A DNA stretch of 64,000 bases, taken from NCBI GenBank assembly GCA_964016885.1, contig OZ024740.1:41168001-41232000 (forward strand). The letters run 5' to 3'. The notes beneath the pieces are model-generated. The model searched no databases, was not told where the DNA came from, and worked only from the letters and a program-made list of their open reading frames with translations. This DNA is from Eledone cirrhosa. Lineage: Eukaryota. Position numbers and translations under genes: made by a program. Of this stretch, positions 9,178 through 23,300 are shown in pieces. Each line of letters begins with the position of its first letter. Position 1 is the stretch's first letter.

Positions 9178-10659
9178 ATAAAACATGGGGGTAAATACTT
9201 AGAAAAACTCATCAAGAAAATCAAAAAAAGATATAGATAAATGAAATAGAAATTGAAATATATAAAAATCTATCAAGAAATATAGTTAGGTGTGTGTATA
9301 TGTATGTATATACGCTCACAGATGTGCATATATGTATATGCGCACATGTATATGTATAGTGAGAAAGTGTGCGTAATTCTAAAATTTAGGGCAAATGTAT
9401 CTATATGTCTGTATTATACAGACAGAAATGGTTACATCGTAAATATATGAATATGAAGGCGCGCGCATAAAACGCCTGCACACTCGTACACTTAGATGCG
9501 GAAAGAAAGGAGGTAAGGGAGTGTAATAATTAAAAGAAAAGTATCAGTCTCGATATATTTATAAAAATATAATAACGATAAATTAGAAAGAAAAAATATT
9601 CCCTTTTTCCTCCACTAACTGATTACACTTGTCTTTTGTGTTTTTCAATCCAGATATATTTTTCATTTTCATTTTTATTTTTATTTTTATTTTATTTTTG
9701 CGCAGCCTATCTTACAATTTTATATTTGTACTTATTTATCCACAAGTTTTTTACACCCTGTATCAATATGGCTGAACGCCTTAATGTGTGTATACATTTT
9801 ATATATGTACATGAGTGACTACGTGTGTGCGCGTGCGTGCGTGTATGTATATGTATATATATATATGTATGTATATGTGTGTGTACATGTGTTTGTGTGT
9901 GTGTGTATGTATGTATATATTATGCGTATGTGTACGTGTCTTTATATCCGTGTTTTTGATATCTCGGTTTTATGTTTTTGTTCCTTTTTTCTTCTCCCCC
10001 CCCCCCTTTCCTTACTTACTCAGTTTCATGCGTGGGCATGCAAACAGGTTTATATGCGTGAGTATAAGTATGTGTGTGTGTGTGTGTGTGTGTATGCACG
10101 TATCGAACGTATGGATGTGTAAGTGCGCGTTTGTATATAAGCATAATTATTTTTACATTTCTTTTGTGAGACACGCGTGTCTGTGTATGTATGTACCCCC
10201 TTTTTTGGTTTTCTTTAATTTTTTCTTTCTAATATTTTTTATATTTTTCTTTCTAATTTATCGTTATTATATTTTTATAAATATATCGAGACTGATACTT
10301 TTCTTTTAATTATTACACTCCCTTACCTCCTTTCTTTCCGCATCTAAGTGTACGAGTGTGCAGGCGTTTTATGCGCGCGCCTTCATATTCATATATTTAC
10401 GATGTAACCATTTCTGTCTGTATAATACAGACATATAGATACATTTGCCCTAAATTTTAGAATTACACACACTTTCTCACTATACATATACATGTGCGCA
10501 TATACATATATGCACATCTGTGAGCGTATATACATACATATACACACACCTAACTATATTTCTTGATAGATTTTTATATATTTCAATTTCTATTTCATTT
10601 ATCTATATCTTTTTTTGATTTTCTTGATGAGTTTTTCTAAGTATTTACCCATGTTTTAT

Positions 10660-10737
10660 ATTGCCTCGTCTGACGAACGAATGAAGTCGTTTATTTCGTA
10701 TTCGCCTCATTCGGGAAACCTCTGGTAATGAGGTAAT
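10660..10737 (+). ncRNA. Type I hammerhead ribozyme, family D
   Basis: Stem I ATTGCCTCGT/ATGAGGTAAT (10 bp, two G.U); core CTGACGA 10670-10676; stem II CGAATGA/TCATTCG with an A.G mismatch at its base; GAAA 10715-10718; minimal stem III ACC-TCT-GGT; GUA 10725-10727. Confidence 0.78.
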
Positions 10738-10831
10738 TATATTGTATTGATTTTTATACATTATATATATATATATATAAGTTAATTTATAAATAAATAA
10801 GTTAATTTTTATAATTTTCTTATTTTACGTC

Positions 10832-10887
<56 letters not shown>

Positions 10888-11074
10888 TATTGGTGTGTAA
10901 CTTTAAGTTACTATTGGTTTACCAGTTTAAGCACTCGATGCATATCCCATAACTCGGTGTAGAACCCAACGAAAGTTAAGTACCTGTATATATATATATA
11001 TATATATATTTAAAGTAGGTGCGCACAGGATTAAGACAATGGAAGAACAAAGAAAAGACAGACAGTCTCATCTC

Positions 11075-11148
11075 CTCAGTCAACCTCGGCAAATCACTAC
11101 GGTTTCGGTTCATTAAGGACGATACGATTCATACCCATGCAGACTGAG
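11075..11148 (-). ncRNA. Degenerate hammerhead-like three-way junction
   Basis: The minus strand reads CTCAGTC-TGCATG-GGT...ACC-GAAA-CC...GG-TT-GACTGAG. The 7-bp stem I, GAAAC and GUU are in the right order, but the CUGANGA box is non-canonical. Confidence 0.4.
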
Positions 11149-11300
11149 ACATAACAAAGCAGATAGAGACAAGTTGCGCCTTTCAGCAAAATCTACAAAT
11201 ACAGAGAGCGCAAGGGTTTAGCCAAAGGAGAAAAAATATAAAAAGGACAGATATACTGAAACAGAAAAGAATAATAAACACTATTAGTCAAGTTCATATA

Positions 11301-14300
11301 TATTAAAATAAAGTGTACGTGAAGATAAATTTATTTTTATTTGTTTTATGTATTAAAATAAAGTGTACGTGAAGATAAATTTATTTTTATTTGGTTTATG
11401 TATTAAAATAAAGTGTACGTGAAGATAAATTTATTTTTATTTGTTTTATGTATTAAAATAAAGTGTACGTGAAGATAAATTTATTTTTATTTGTTTTATG
11501 TATTAAAATAAAGTGTACGTGAAGATAAATTTATTTTTATTTGTTTTATGTATTAAAATAAAGTGTACGTGAAGATAAATTTATTTTTATTTGTTTTATG
11601 TATTAAAATAAAGTGTACGTGAAGATAAATTTATTTTTATTTGTTTTATGTATTAAAATAAAGTGTACGTGAAGATAAATTTATTTTTATTTGTTTTATG
11701 TATTAAAATAAAGTGTACGTGAAGATAAATTTATTTTTATTTGTTTTATGTATTAAAATAAAGTGTACGTGAAGATAAATTTATTTTAATTTGTTTTATG
11801 TATTAAAATAAAGTGTACGTGAAGATAAATTTATTTTTATTTGTTTTATGTATTAAAATAAAGTGTACGTGAAGATAAATTTATTTTTATTTGTTTTATG
11901 TATTAAAATAAAGTGTACGTGAAGATAAATTTATTATAATTTGTTTTATGTATTAAAATAAAGTGTACGTGAAGATAAATTTATTTTTATTTGTTTTATG
12001 TATTAAAATAAAGTGTACGTGAAGATAAATTTATTTTTATTTGTTTTATGTATTAAAATAAAGTGTACGTGAAGATAAATTTATTTTTATTTGTTTTATG
12101 TATTAAAATAAAGTGTACGTGAAGATAAATTTATTTTTATTTGTTTTATGTATTAAAATAAAGTGTACGTGAAGATAAATTTATTTTTATTTGTTTTATG
12201 TATTAAAATAAAGTGTACGTGAAGATAAATTTATTTTTATTTGTTTTATGTATTAAAATAAAGTGTACGTGAAGATAAATTTATTTTTATTTGTTTTATG
12301 TATTAAAATAAAGTGTACGTGAAGATAAATTTATTTTTATTTGTTTTATGTATTAAAATAAAGTGTACGTGAAGATAAATTTATTTTTATTTGTTTTATG
12401 TATTAAAATAAAGTGTACGTGAAGATAAATTTATTTTTATTTGTTTTATGTATTAAAATAAAGTGTACGTGAAGATAAATTTATTTTTATTTGTTTTATG
12501 TATTAAAATAAAGTGTACGTGAAGATAAATTTATTTTTATTTGTTTTATGTATTAAAATAAAGTGTACGTGAAGATAAATTTATTTTTATTTGTTTTATG
12601 TATTAAAATAAAGTGTACGTGAAGATAAATTTATTTTTATTTGTTTTATTTATTAAAATAAAGTGTACGTGAAGATAAATTTATTTTTATTTGTTTTATG
12701 TATTAAAATAAAGTGTACGTGAAGATAAATTTATTTTTATTTGTTTTATGTATTAAAATAAAGTGTACGTGAAGATAAATTTATTTTTATTTGTTTTATG
12801 TATTAAAATAAAGTGTACGTGAAGATAAATTTATTTTTATTTGTTTTATGTATTAAAATAAAGTGTACGTGAAGATAAATTTATTTTTATTTGTTTTATG
12901 TATTAAAATAAAGTGTACGTGAAGATAAATTTATTTTTATTTGTTTTATGTATTAAAATAAAGTGTACGTGAAGATAAATTTATTTTTATTTGTTTTATG
13001 TATTAAAATAAAGTGTACGTGAAGATAAATTTATTATAATTTGTTTTATGTATTAAAATAAAGTGTACGTGAAGATAAATTTATTTTTATTTGTTTTATG
13101 TATTAAAATAAAGTGTACGTGAAGATAAATTTATTTTTATTTGTTTTATGTATTAAAATAAAGTGTACGTGAAGATAAATTTATTTTTATTTGTTTTATG
13201 TATTAAAATAAAGTGTACGTGAAGATAAATTTATTTTTATTTGTTTTATGTATTAAAATAAAGTGTACGTGAAGATAAATTTATTTTTGTTTGTTTTATG
13301 TATTAAAATAAAGTGTACGTGAAGATAAATCTACTTTTATTTGTTTTATGTATTAAAATAAAGTGTACGTGAAGATAAATTTACTTTTATTTGTTTTATG
13401 TATTAAAATAAAGTGTACGTGAAGATAAATTTATTTTTATTTGTTTTATGTATTAAAATAAAGTGTACGTGAAGATAAATTTATTTTTATTTGTTTTATG
13501 TATTAAAATAAAGTGTACGTGAAGATAGATTTATTTTTATTTGTGTTATGTATTAAAATAAAGTGTACGTGAAGATAAATTTATTTTTATTTGTTTTATG
13601 TATTAAAATAAAGTGTACGTGAAGATAAATTTACTTTTATTTGTTTTATGTATTAAAATAAAGTGTACGTGAAGATAAATTTACTTTTATTTGTTTTATG
13701 TATTAAAATAAAGTGTACGTGAAGATAAATTTATTTTTATTTGTTTTATGTATTAAAATAAAGTGTACGTGAAGATAAATTTACTTTTATTTGTTTTATG
13801 TATTAAAATAAAGTGTACGTGAAGATAAATTTATTTTTATTTGTTTTATGTATTAAAATAAAGTGTACGTGAAGATAAATTTATTTTTATTTGTTTTATG
13901 TATTAAAATAAAGTGTACGTGAAGATAAATTTATTTTTATTTGTTTTATGTATTAAAATAAAGTGTACGTGAAGATAAATTTATTTTTATTTGTTTTATG
14001 TATTAAAATGAAGTGTACGTGAAGATAAATTTATTTTTATTTGTTTTATGTATTAAAATAAAGTGTACGTGAAGATAAATTTATTTTTATTTGTTTATGT
14101 ATTAAAATAAAGTGTACGTGAAGATAAATTTATTTTTATTTGTTTTATGTATTAAAATAAAGTGTACGTGAAGATAAATTTATTTTTATTTATTTCATGT
14201 ATTAAAATAAAGTGTACGTGAAGATAAATTTAATTTATTTGTTTTATGTATTAAAATAAAGTGTACGTGAAGATAAATTTATTTTTAATTGTTTTATGTA

Positions 14301-17300
14301 TTTAAATAAAGTGTACGTGAAGATAAATTTATTTTTATTTGTTTTATGTATTAAAATAAAGTGTACGTTAAGATAAATTTATTTTTATTTGTGTTATGTA
14401 TTAAAATAAAGTGTACGTGAAGATAAATTTATTTTTATTTGTTTTATGTATTACAATAAAGTGTACATGAAGATAAATTTATTTTTATTTGTTTTATGTA
14501 TTAAAATAAAGTGTACGTGAAGATAAATTTATTTTTATTTGTTTTATGTATTAAAATAAAGTGTACGTGAAGATAAATTTATTTTTATTTGTTTTATGTA
14601 TCAAAATAAAGTGTACGTGAAGATAAATTTATTGTTATTTGTTTTATGTATTAAAATAAAGTGTACGTGAAGATAAATTTATTTTTATTTGTTTTATGTA
14701 TTAAAATAAAGTGTACGTGAAGATAAATGTATTTTTATTTGTTTTATGTATTAAAATAAAGTGTACGTGAAGATAAATTTATTTTTATTTGTTTTATGTA
14801 TTAAAATAAAGTGTACGTGAAGATAAATTTATTTTTATTTGTTTTATGTATTAAAATAAAGTGTACGTGAAGATAAATTTATTTTTATTTGTTTTATGTA
14901 TTAAAATAAAGTGTACGTGAAGATAAATTTATTTTTATTTGTTTTATGTATTAAAATAAAGTGTACGTGAAGATAAATTTATTTTTATTTGTTTTATGTA
15001 TTAAAATAAAGTGTACGTGAAGATAAATTTATTTTTATTTGTTTTATGTATTAAAATAAAGTGTACGTGAAGATAAATTTATTTTTATATTTGTTTTATG
15101 TATTAAAATAAAGTGTACGTGAAGATAAATTTATTTTTATTTGTTTTATGTATTAAAATAAAGTGTACGTGAAGATAAATTTATTTTTATTTGTTTTATG
15201 TATTAAAATAAAGTGTACGTGGAGATAAATTTATTTTTATTTGTTTTATGTATTAAAATAAAGTGTACGTGAAGATAAATTTATTTTTATTTGTTTTATG
15301 TATTAAAATAAAGTGTACGTGAAGATAAATTTATTTTTATTTGTTTTATGTATTAAAATAAAGTGTACGTGAAGATAAATTTATTTTTATTTGTTTATGT
15401 ATTAAAATAAAGTGTACGTGAAGATAAATTTATTTTTATTTGTTTTATGTATTAAAATAAAGTGTACGTGAAGATAAATTTATTTTTATTTATTTCATGT
15501 ATTAAAATAAAGTGTACGTGAAGATAAATTTAATTTATTTGTTTTATGTATTAAAATAAAGTGTACGTGAAGATAAATTTATTTTTAATTGTTTTATGTA
15601 TTTAAATAAAGTGTACGTGAAGATAAATTTATTTTTATTTGTTTTATGTATTAAAATAAAGTGTACGTGAAGATAAATTTATTTTTATTTGTTTTATGTA
15701 TTAAAATAAAGTGTACGTGAAGATAAATTTATTTTTATTTATTTTATGTATTAAAATAAAGTGTACGTGAAGATAAATTTATTTTTATTTGTTTTATGTA
15801 TTAAAATAAAGTGTACGTGAAGATAAATTTATTTTTATTTGTTTTATGTATTAAAATAAAGTGTACGTGAAGATAAATTTATTTTTATTTGTTTTATGTA
15901 TTAAAATAAAGTGTACGTGAAGATAAATTTATTTTTATTTGTTTTATGTATTAAAATAAAGTGTACGTGAAGATAAATTTATTTTTATTTGTTTTATGTA
16001 TTAAAATAAAGTGTACGTGAAGTTAAATTTATTTTTATTTGTTTTATGTATTAAAATAAAGTGTATGTGAAGATAAATCTACTTTTATTTGTTTTATGTA
16101 TTAAAATAAAGTGTACGTGAAGATAAATTTACTTTTATTTGTTTTATGTATTAAAATAAAGTGTACGTGAAGATAAATTTATTTTTATTTGTTTTATGTA
16201 TTAAAATAAAGTGTACGTGAAGATAAATTTATTTTTATTTGTTTTATGTATTAAAATAAAGTGTACGTGAAGGTAAATTTATTTTTCTTTGTTTTATGTA
16301 TAAAAATAAAGTGTACGTGAAGATAAATTTATTTTTATTTGTTTTATGTATTAAAATAAAGTGTACGTGAAGATAAATTTATTTTTATTTGTTTTATATA
16401 TTAAAATAAAGTGTACGTGAAGATAAATTTATTTTTATGTGTTTTATGTATTAAAATAAAGTGTACGTGAAGATAAATTTATTTTTAATTGTTTTATGTA
16501 TCTAAATAAAGTGTACGTGAAGATAAATTTATTTTTATTTGTTTTATGTATTAAAATAAAGTGTACGTGAAGATAAATTTATTTTTATTGGTTTTATGTA
16601 TTAAAATAAAGTGTACGTGAAGATAGATTTATTTTTATTTGTGTTATGTATTAAAATAAAGTGTACGTGAAGATAAATTTATTTTTATTTGTTTTATGTA
16701 TTAAAATAAAGTGTACGTGAAGATAAATTTATTTTTATTTGTTTTATGTATTAAAATAAAGTGTACGTGAAGATACATTTATTTCTATTTGTTTTATGTA
16801 TTAAAATAAAGTGTACGTGAAGATAAATTTATTTTTATTTGTTTTATGTATTAAAATAAAGTGTACGTGAAGATAAATTTATTTTTATTTGTTTTATGTA
16901 TTAAAATAAAGTGTACGTGAAGATAAATTTATTTTTATTTGTTTTATGTATTAAAATAAAGTGTACGTGAAGATAAATTTATTTTTATTTGTTTTATGTA
17001 TTAAAATAAAGTGTACGTGAAGATAAATTTATTTTTATTTGTTTTATGTATTAAAATAAAGTGTACGTGAAGATAAATTTATTTTTATTTGTTTTATGTA
17101 TTAAAATAAAGTGTACGTGAAGATAAGTTTATTATAATTTGTTTTATGTATTAAAATAAAGTGTACGTGAAGATAAATTTATTTTTATTTGTTTTATGTA
17201 TTAAAATAAAGTGTACGTGAAGATAAATTTATTTTTATTTGTTTTATGTATTAAAATAAAGTGTACGTGAAGATAAATTTATTTTTATTTGTTTTATGTA

Positions 17301-20300
17301 TTAAAATAAAGTGTACGTGAAGATAAATTCACTTTTATTTGTTTTATGTATTAAAATAAAGTGTACGTGAAGATAAATTTATTTTTATTTGTTTTATGTA
17401 TTAAAATAAAGTGTACGTGAAGATAAATTTATTTTTATTTGTTTTATGTATTAAAATAAAGTGTACGTGAAGATAAATTTATTTTTATTTGTTTTATGTA
17501 TTAAAATAAAGTGTACGTGAAGATAAATTTATTTTTATTTGTTTTATGTATTAAAATAAAGTGTACGTGAAGATAAATTTATTTTTATTTGTTTTATGTA
17601 TTAAAATAAAGTGTACGTGAAGATAAATTTATTTTTATTTGTTTTATGTATTAAAATAAAGTGTACGTGAAGATAAATTTATTTTTATTTGTTTTATGTA
17701 TTAAAATAAAGTGTACGTGAAGATAAATTTATTTTTATTTGTTTTATGTATTAAAATAAAGTGTACGTGAAGATAAATTTACTTTTATTTGTTTTATGTA
17801 TTAAAATAAAGTGTACGTGAAGATAAATTTACTTTTATTTGTTTTATGTATTAAAATAAAGTGTACGTGAAGATAAATTTATTTTTATTTGTTTTATGTA
17901 TTAAAATAAAGTGTACGTGAAGATAAATTTATTTTTATTTGTTTTATGTATTAAAATAAAGTGTACGTGAAGATAAATTTATTTTTATTTGTTTTATGTA
18001 TTAAAATAAAGTGTACGTGAAGATAAATTTATTTTTATTTGTTTTATGTATTAAAATAAAGTGTACGTGAAGATAAATTTATTTTTATTTGTTTTATGTA
18101 TTAAAATAAAGTGTACGTGAAGATAAATTTATTTTTATTTGTTTTATGTATTAAAATAAAGTGTACGTGAAGATAAATTTATTTTTATTTGTTTTATGTA
18201 TTAAAATAAAGTGTACGTGAAGATAAATTTATTTTTATTTGTTTTATGTATTAAAATAAAGTGTACGTGAAGATAAATTTATTTTTATTTGTTTTATGTA
18301 TTAAAATAAAGTGTACGTGAAGATAAATTTATTTTTATTTGTTTTATGTATTAAAATAAAGTGTACGTGAAGATAAATTTATTTTTATTTGTTTTATGTA
18401 TTAAAATAAAGTGTACGTGAAGATAAATTTATTTTTATTTGTTTTATGTATTAAAATAAAGTGTACGTGAAGATAAATTTATTTTTATTTGTTTTATGTA
18501 TTAAAATAAAGTGTACGTGAAGATAAATTTATTTTTAATTGTTTTATGTATTTAAATAAAGTGTACGTGAAGATAAATTTATTTTTATTTGTTTTATGTA
18601 TTAAAATAAAGTGTACGTGAAGATAAATTTATTTTTATTTGTTTTATGTATTAAAATAAAGTGTACGTGAAGATAAATTTATTTTTATTTGTTTTATGTA
18701 TTAAAATAAAGTGTACGTGAAGATAAATTTATTTTTATTTGTTTTATGTATTAAAATAAAGTGTACGTGAAGATAAATTTATTTTTATTTGTTTTATGTA
18801 TTAAAATAAAGTGTACGTGAAGATAAATTTATTTTTATTTGTTTTATGTATTAAAATAAAGTGTACGTGAAGATAAATTTATTTTTCATTTGTTTTATGT
18901 ATTAAAATAAAGTGTACGTGAAGATAAATTTACTTTTATTTGTTTTATGTATTAAAATAAAGTGTACGTGAAGATAAATTTACTTTTATTTGTTTTATGT
19001 ATTAAAATAAAGTGTACGTGAAGATAAATTTACTTTTATTTGTTTTATGTATTAAAATAAAGTGTACGTGAAGATAAATTTATTTTTATTTGTTTTATGT
19101 ATTAAAATAAAGTGTACGTGAAGATAAATTTATTTTTATTTGTTTTATGTATTTAAATAAAGTGTACGCGAAGATAAATTATTTTTCTATTTGTTTTATG
19201 TATTAAAATAAAGTGTACGTGAAGATAAATTTATTTTTATTTGTTTTATGTATCTAAATAAAGTGTACGTGAAGATAAATTTATTTTTATTTGTTTTATG
19301 TATTAAAATAAAGTGTACGTGAAGATAAATTTATTTTTATTTGTTTTATGTATTTAAATAAAGTGTACGTGAAGATAAATTTATTTTTATTTGTTTTATG
19401 TATTAAAATAAAGTGTACGTGAAGATAAATTTATTTTTATTTGTTTTATGTATTAAAATAAAGTGTACGTGAAGATAAATTTATTTTTATTTGTTTTATG
19501 TATTAAAATAAAGTGTACGTGAAGATAAATTTATTTTTAATTGTTTTATGTATTTAAATAAAGTGTACGTGAAGATAAATTTATTTTTATTTGTTTTATG
19601 TATTAAAATAAAGTGTACGTGAAGATAAATTTATTTTTATTTGTTTTATGTATTAAAATAAAGTGTACGTGAAGATAAATTTATTTTTAATTGTTTTATG
19701 TATTTAAATAAAGTGTACGTGAAGATAAATTTTCTTTTATTTGTTTTATGTATTAAAATAAAGTGTACGTGAAGATAAATTTATTTTTATTTGTTTTATG
19801 TATTAAAATAAAGTGTACGTGAAGATACATTTATTTTTATTTGTTTTATGTATTAAAATAAAGTGTACGTGAAGATAAATTTATTTTTATTTGTCTTATG
19901 TATTAAAATAATGTGTACGTGAAGATAAATTTACTTTTATTTGTTTTATGTATTAAAATAAAGTGTACGTGAAGATAAATTTATTTTTATTTGTTTTATG
20001 TATTAAAATAAAGTGTACGTGAAGATAAATTTACTTTTATTTGTTTTATGTATTAAAATAAAGTGTACGTGAAGATAAATTTATTTTTATTTGTTTTATG
20101 TATTAAAATAAAGTGTACGTGAAGATAAATTTATTTTTAATTGTTTTATGTAATTAAATAAAGTGTACGTGAAGATAAATTTATTTTTATTTGTTTTATG
20201 TATTAAAATAAAGTGTACGTGAAGATAAATTTATTTTTATTTGTTTTATGTATTAAAATAAAGTGTACGTGAAGATAAATTTATTTTTATTTGTTTTATG

Positions 20301-23300
20301 TATTAAAATAAAGTGTACGTGAAGATAAATTTATTTTTATTTGTTTTATGTATTAAAATAATGTGTACGTGAAGATAAATTTATTTTTATTTGTTTTATG
20401 TATTAAAATAAAGTGTACGTGAAGATAAATTTATTTTTATTTGTTTTATGTATTAAAATAAAGTGTACGTGAAGATAAATTTACTTTTATTTGTTTTATG
20501 TATTAAAATAAAGTGTACGTGAAGATAAATTTATTTTTATTTGTTTTATGTATTAAAATAAAGTGTACGTGAAGATAAATTTATTTTTATTTGTTTTATG
20601 TATTAAAATAAAGTGTACGTGAAGATAAATTTATTTTTATTTGTTTTATGTATTAAAATAAAGTGTACGTGAAGATAAATTTATTTTTATTTGTTTTATG
20701 TATTAAAATAAAGTGTACGTGAAGATAAATTTATTTTTATTTGTTTTATGTATTAAAATAAAGTGTACGTGAAGATAAATTTATTTTTATTTGTTTTATG
20801 TATTAAAATAAAGTGTACGTGAAGATAAATTTATTTTTATTTGTTTTATGTATTAAAATAAAGTGTACGTGAAGATAAATTTATTTTTATTTGTTTTATG
20901 TATTAAAATAAAGTGTACGTGAAGATAAATTTATTTTTATTTGTTTTATGTATTAAAATAAAGTGTACGTGAAGATAAATTTATTTTTATTTGTTTTATG
21001 TATTAAAATAAAGTGTACGTGAAGATAAATTTATTTTTATTTGTTTTATGTATTAAAATAAAGTGTACGTGAAGATAAATTTATTTTTATTTGTTTTATG
21101 TATTAAAATAAAGTGTACGTGAAGATAAATTTATTTTTATTTGTTTTATGTATTAAAATAAAGTGTACGTGAAGATAAATTTATTTTTATTTGTTTTATG
21201 TATTAAAATAAAGTGTACGTGAAGATAAATTTATTTTTATTTGTTTTATGTATTAAAATAAAGTGTACGTGAAGATAAATTTATTTTTATTTGTTTTATG
21301 TATTAAAATAAAGTGTACGTGAAGATAAATTTATTTTTATTTGTTTTATGTATTAAAATAAAGTGTACGTGAAGATAAATTTATTTTTATTTGTTTTATG
21401 TATTAAAATAAAGTGTACGTGAAGATAAATTTATTTTTATTTGTTTTATGTATTAAAATAAAGTGTACGTGAAGATAAATTTATTTTTATTTGTTTCATG
21501 TATTAAAATAAAGTGTACGTGAAGATAAATTTATTTTTATTTGTTTTATGTATTAAAATAAAGTGTACGTGAAGATAAATTTATTTTTATTTGTTTTATG
21601 TATTAAAATAAAGTGTACGTGAAGATAAATTTATTTTTATTTGTTTTATGTATTAAAATAAAGTGTACGTGAAGATAAATTTATTTTTATTTGTTTTATG
21701 TATTAAAATAAAGTGTACGTGAAGATAAATTTATTTTTATTTGTTTTATGTATTAAAATAAAGTGTATGTGAAGATAAATTTACTTTTATTTGTTTTATG
21801 TATTAAAATAAAGTGTACGTGAAGATAAATTTACTTTTATTTGTTTTATGTATTAAAATAAAGTGTACGTGAAGATAAATTTATTTTTATTTGTTTTATG
21901 TATTAAAATAAAGTGTACGTGAAGATAAATTTATTTTTATTTGTTTTATGTATTAAAATAAAAGTGTACGTGAAGATAAATTTACTTTTATTTGTTTTAT
22001 GTATTAAAATAAAGTGTTCGTGAAGATAAATTTATTTTTATTTGTTTTATGTATTAAAATAAAGTGTACGTGAAGATAAATTTATTTTTATTTGTTTTAT
22101 GTATCTAAATAAAGTGTACGTGAAGATAAATTTATTTTTATTTGTTTTATGTATTAAAATAAAGTGTACGTGAAGATAAATTTATTTTTATTTGTTTTAT
22201 GTATCAAAATAAAGTGTACGTGAAGATAAATTTATTTTTATTTGTTCTATGTATTAAAATAAAGTGTACGTGAAAATAAATTTATTTTTATTTGTTTTAT
22301 GTATTAAAATAAAGTGTACGTGAAGATAAATTTATTTTTATTTGTTTTATGTATTAAAATAAAGTGTATGTGAAGATAAATTTACTTTTATTTGTTTTAT
22401 GTATTAAAATAAAGTGTACGTGAAGATAAATTTACTTTTATTTGTTTTATGTATTAAAATAAAGTGTACGTGAAGATAAATTTATTTTTATTTGTTTTAT
22501 GTATTAAAATAAAGTGTACGTGAAGATAAATTTATTTTTATTTGTTTTATGTATTAAAATAAAAGTGTAATTGAAGATAAATTTACTTTTATTTGTTTTA
22601 TGTATTAAAATAAAGTGTACGTGAAGATAAATTTATTTTTATTTGTTTTATGTATTAAAATAAAGTGTACGTGAAGATAAATTTATTTGTATTTGTTTTA
22701 TGTATTAAAATAAAGTGTACGTGAAGATAAATTTACTTTTATTTGTTTTATGTATTAAAATAAAGTGTACGTGAAGATAAATTTATTTTTATTTGTTATA
22801 TGTATTAAAATAAAGTGTACGTGAAGATAAATTTATTTTTATTTGTTTTATGTATTAAAATAAAAGTGTACGTGAAGATAAATTTACTTTTATTTGTTTT
22901 ATGTATTAAAATAAAGTGTTCGTGAAGATAAATTTATTTTTATTTGTTTTATGTATTAAAATAAAGTGTACGTGAAGATAAATTTATTTTTATTTGTTTT
23001 ATGTATCTAAATAAAGTGTACGTGAAGATAAATTTATTTTTATTTGTTTTATGTATTAAAATAAAGTGTACGTGAAGATAAATTTATTTTTATTTGTTTT
23101 ATGTATCAAAATAAAGTGTACGTGAAGATAAATTTATTTTTATTTGTTTTATGTATTAAAATAAAGTGTACGTGAAAATAAATTTATTTTTATTTGTTTT
23201 ATGTATTAAAATAAAGTGTACGTGAAGATAAATTTATTTTTATTTGTTTCATGTATTAAAATAAAGTGTACGTGAAGATAAATTTATTTTTATTTGTTTT

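Larger units (their letters stand above)
9074..10763. mobile_element. Non-coding fold-back element with ~525-bp inverted arms, each ending in a hammerhead (family D); probably a 5'-truncated, 5'-inverted PLE-type insertion
   Basis: 9074-~9599 is the reverse complement of ~10241-10763 with only a few differences. The ~640-bp spacer is T/TG-rich and non-coding. The right end runs into (TA)n. Confidence 0.85.

Noticed and set aside
9636-10309. Hydrophobic ORFs of 60-164 aa
   Set aside because: Low-complexity T-rich and TG-repeat translations.
9074-10763. MITE / DNA transposon with long TIRs
   Set aside because: No clear target-site duplication or transposase-family terminal motif. Outward-facing hammerheads and a (TA)n junction fit PLE-type inversion better.
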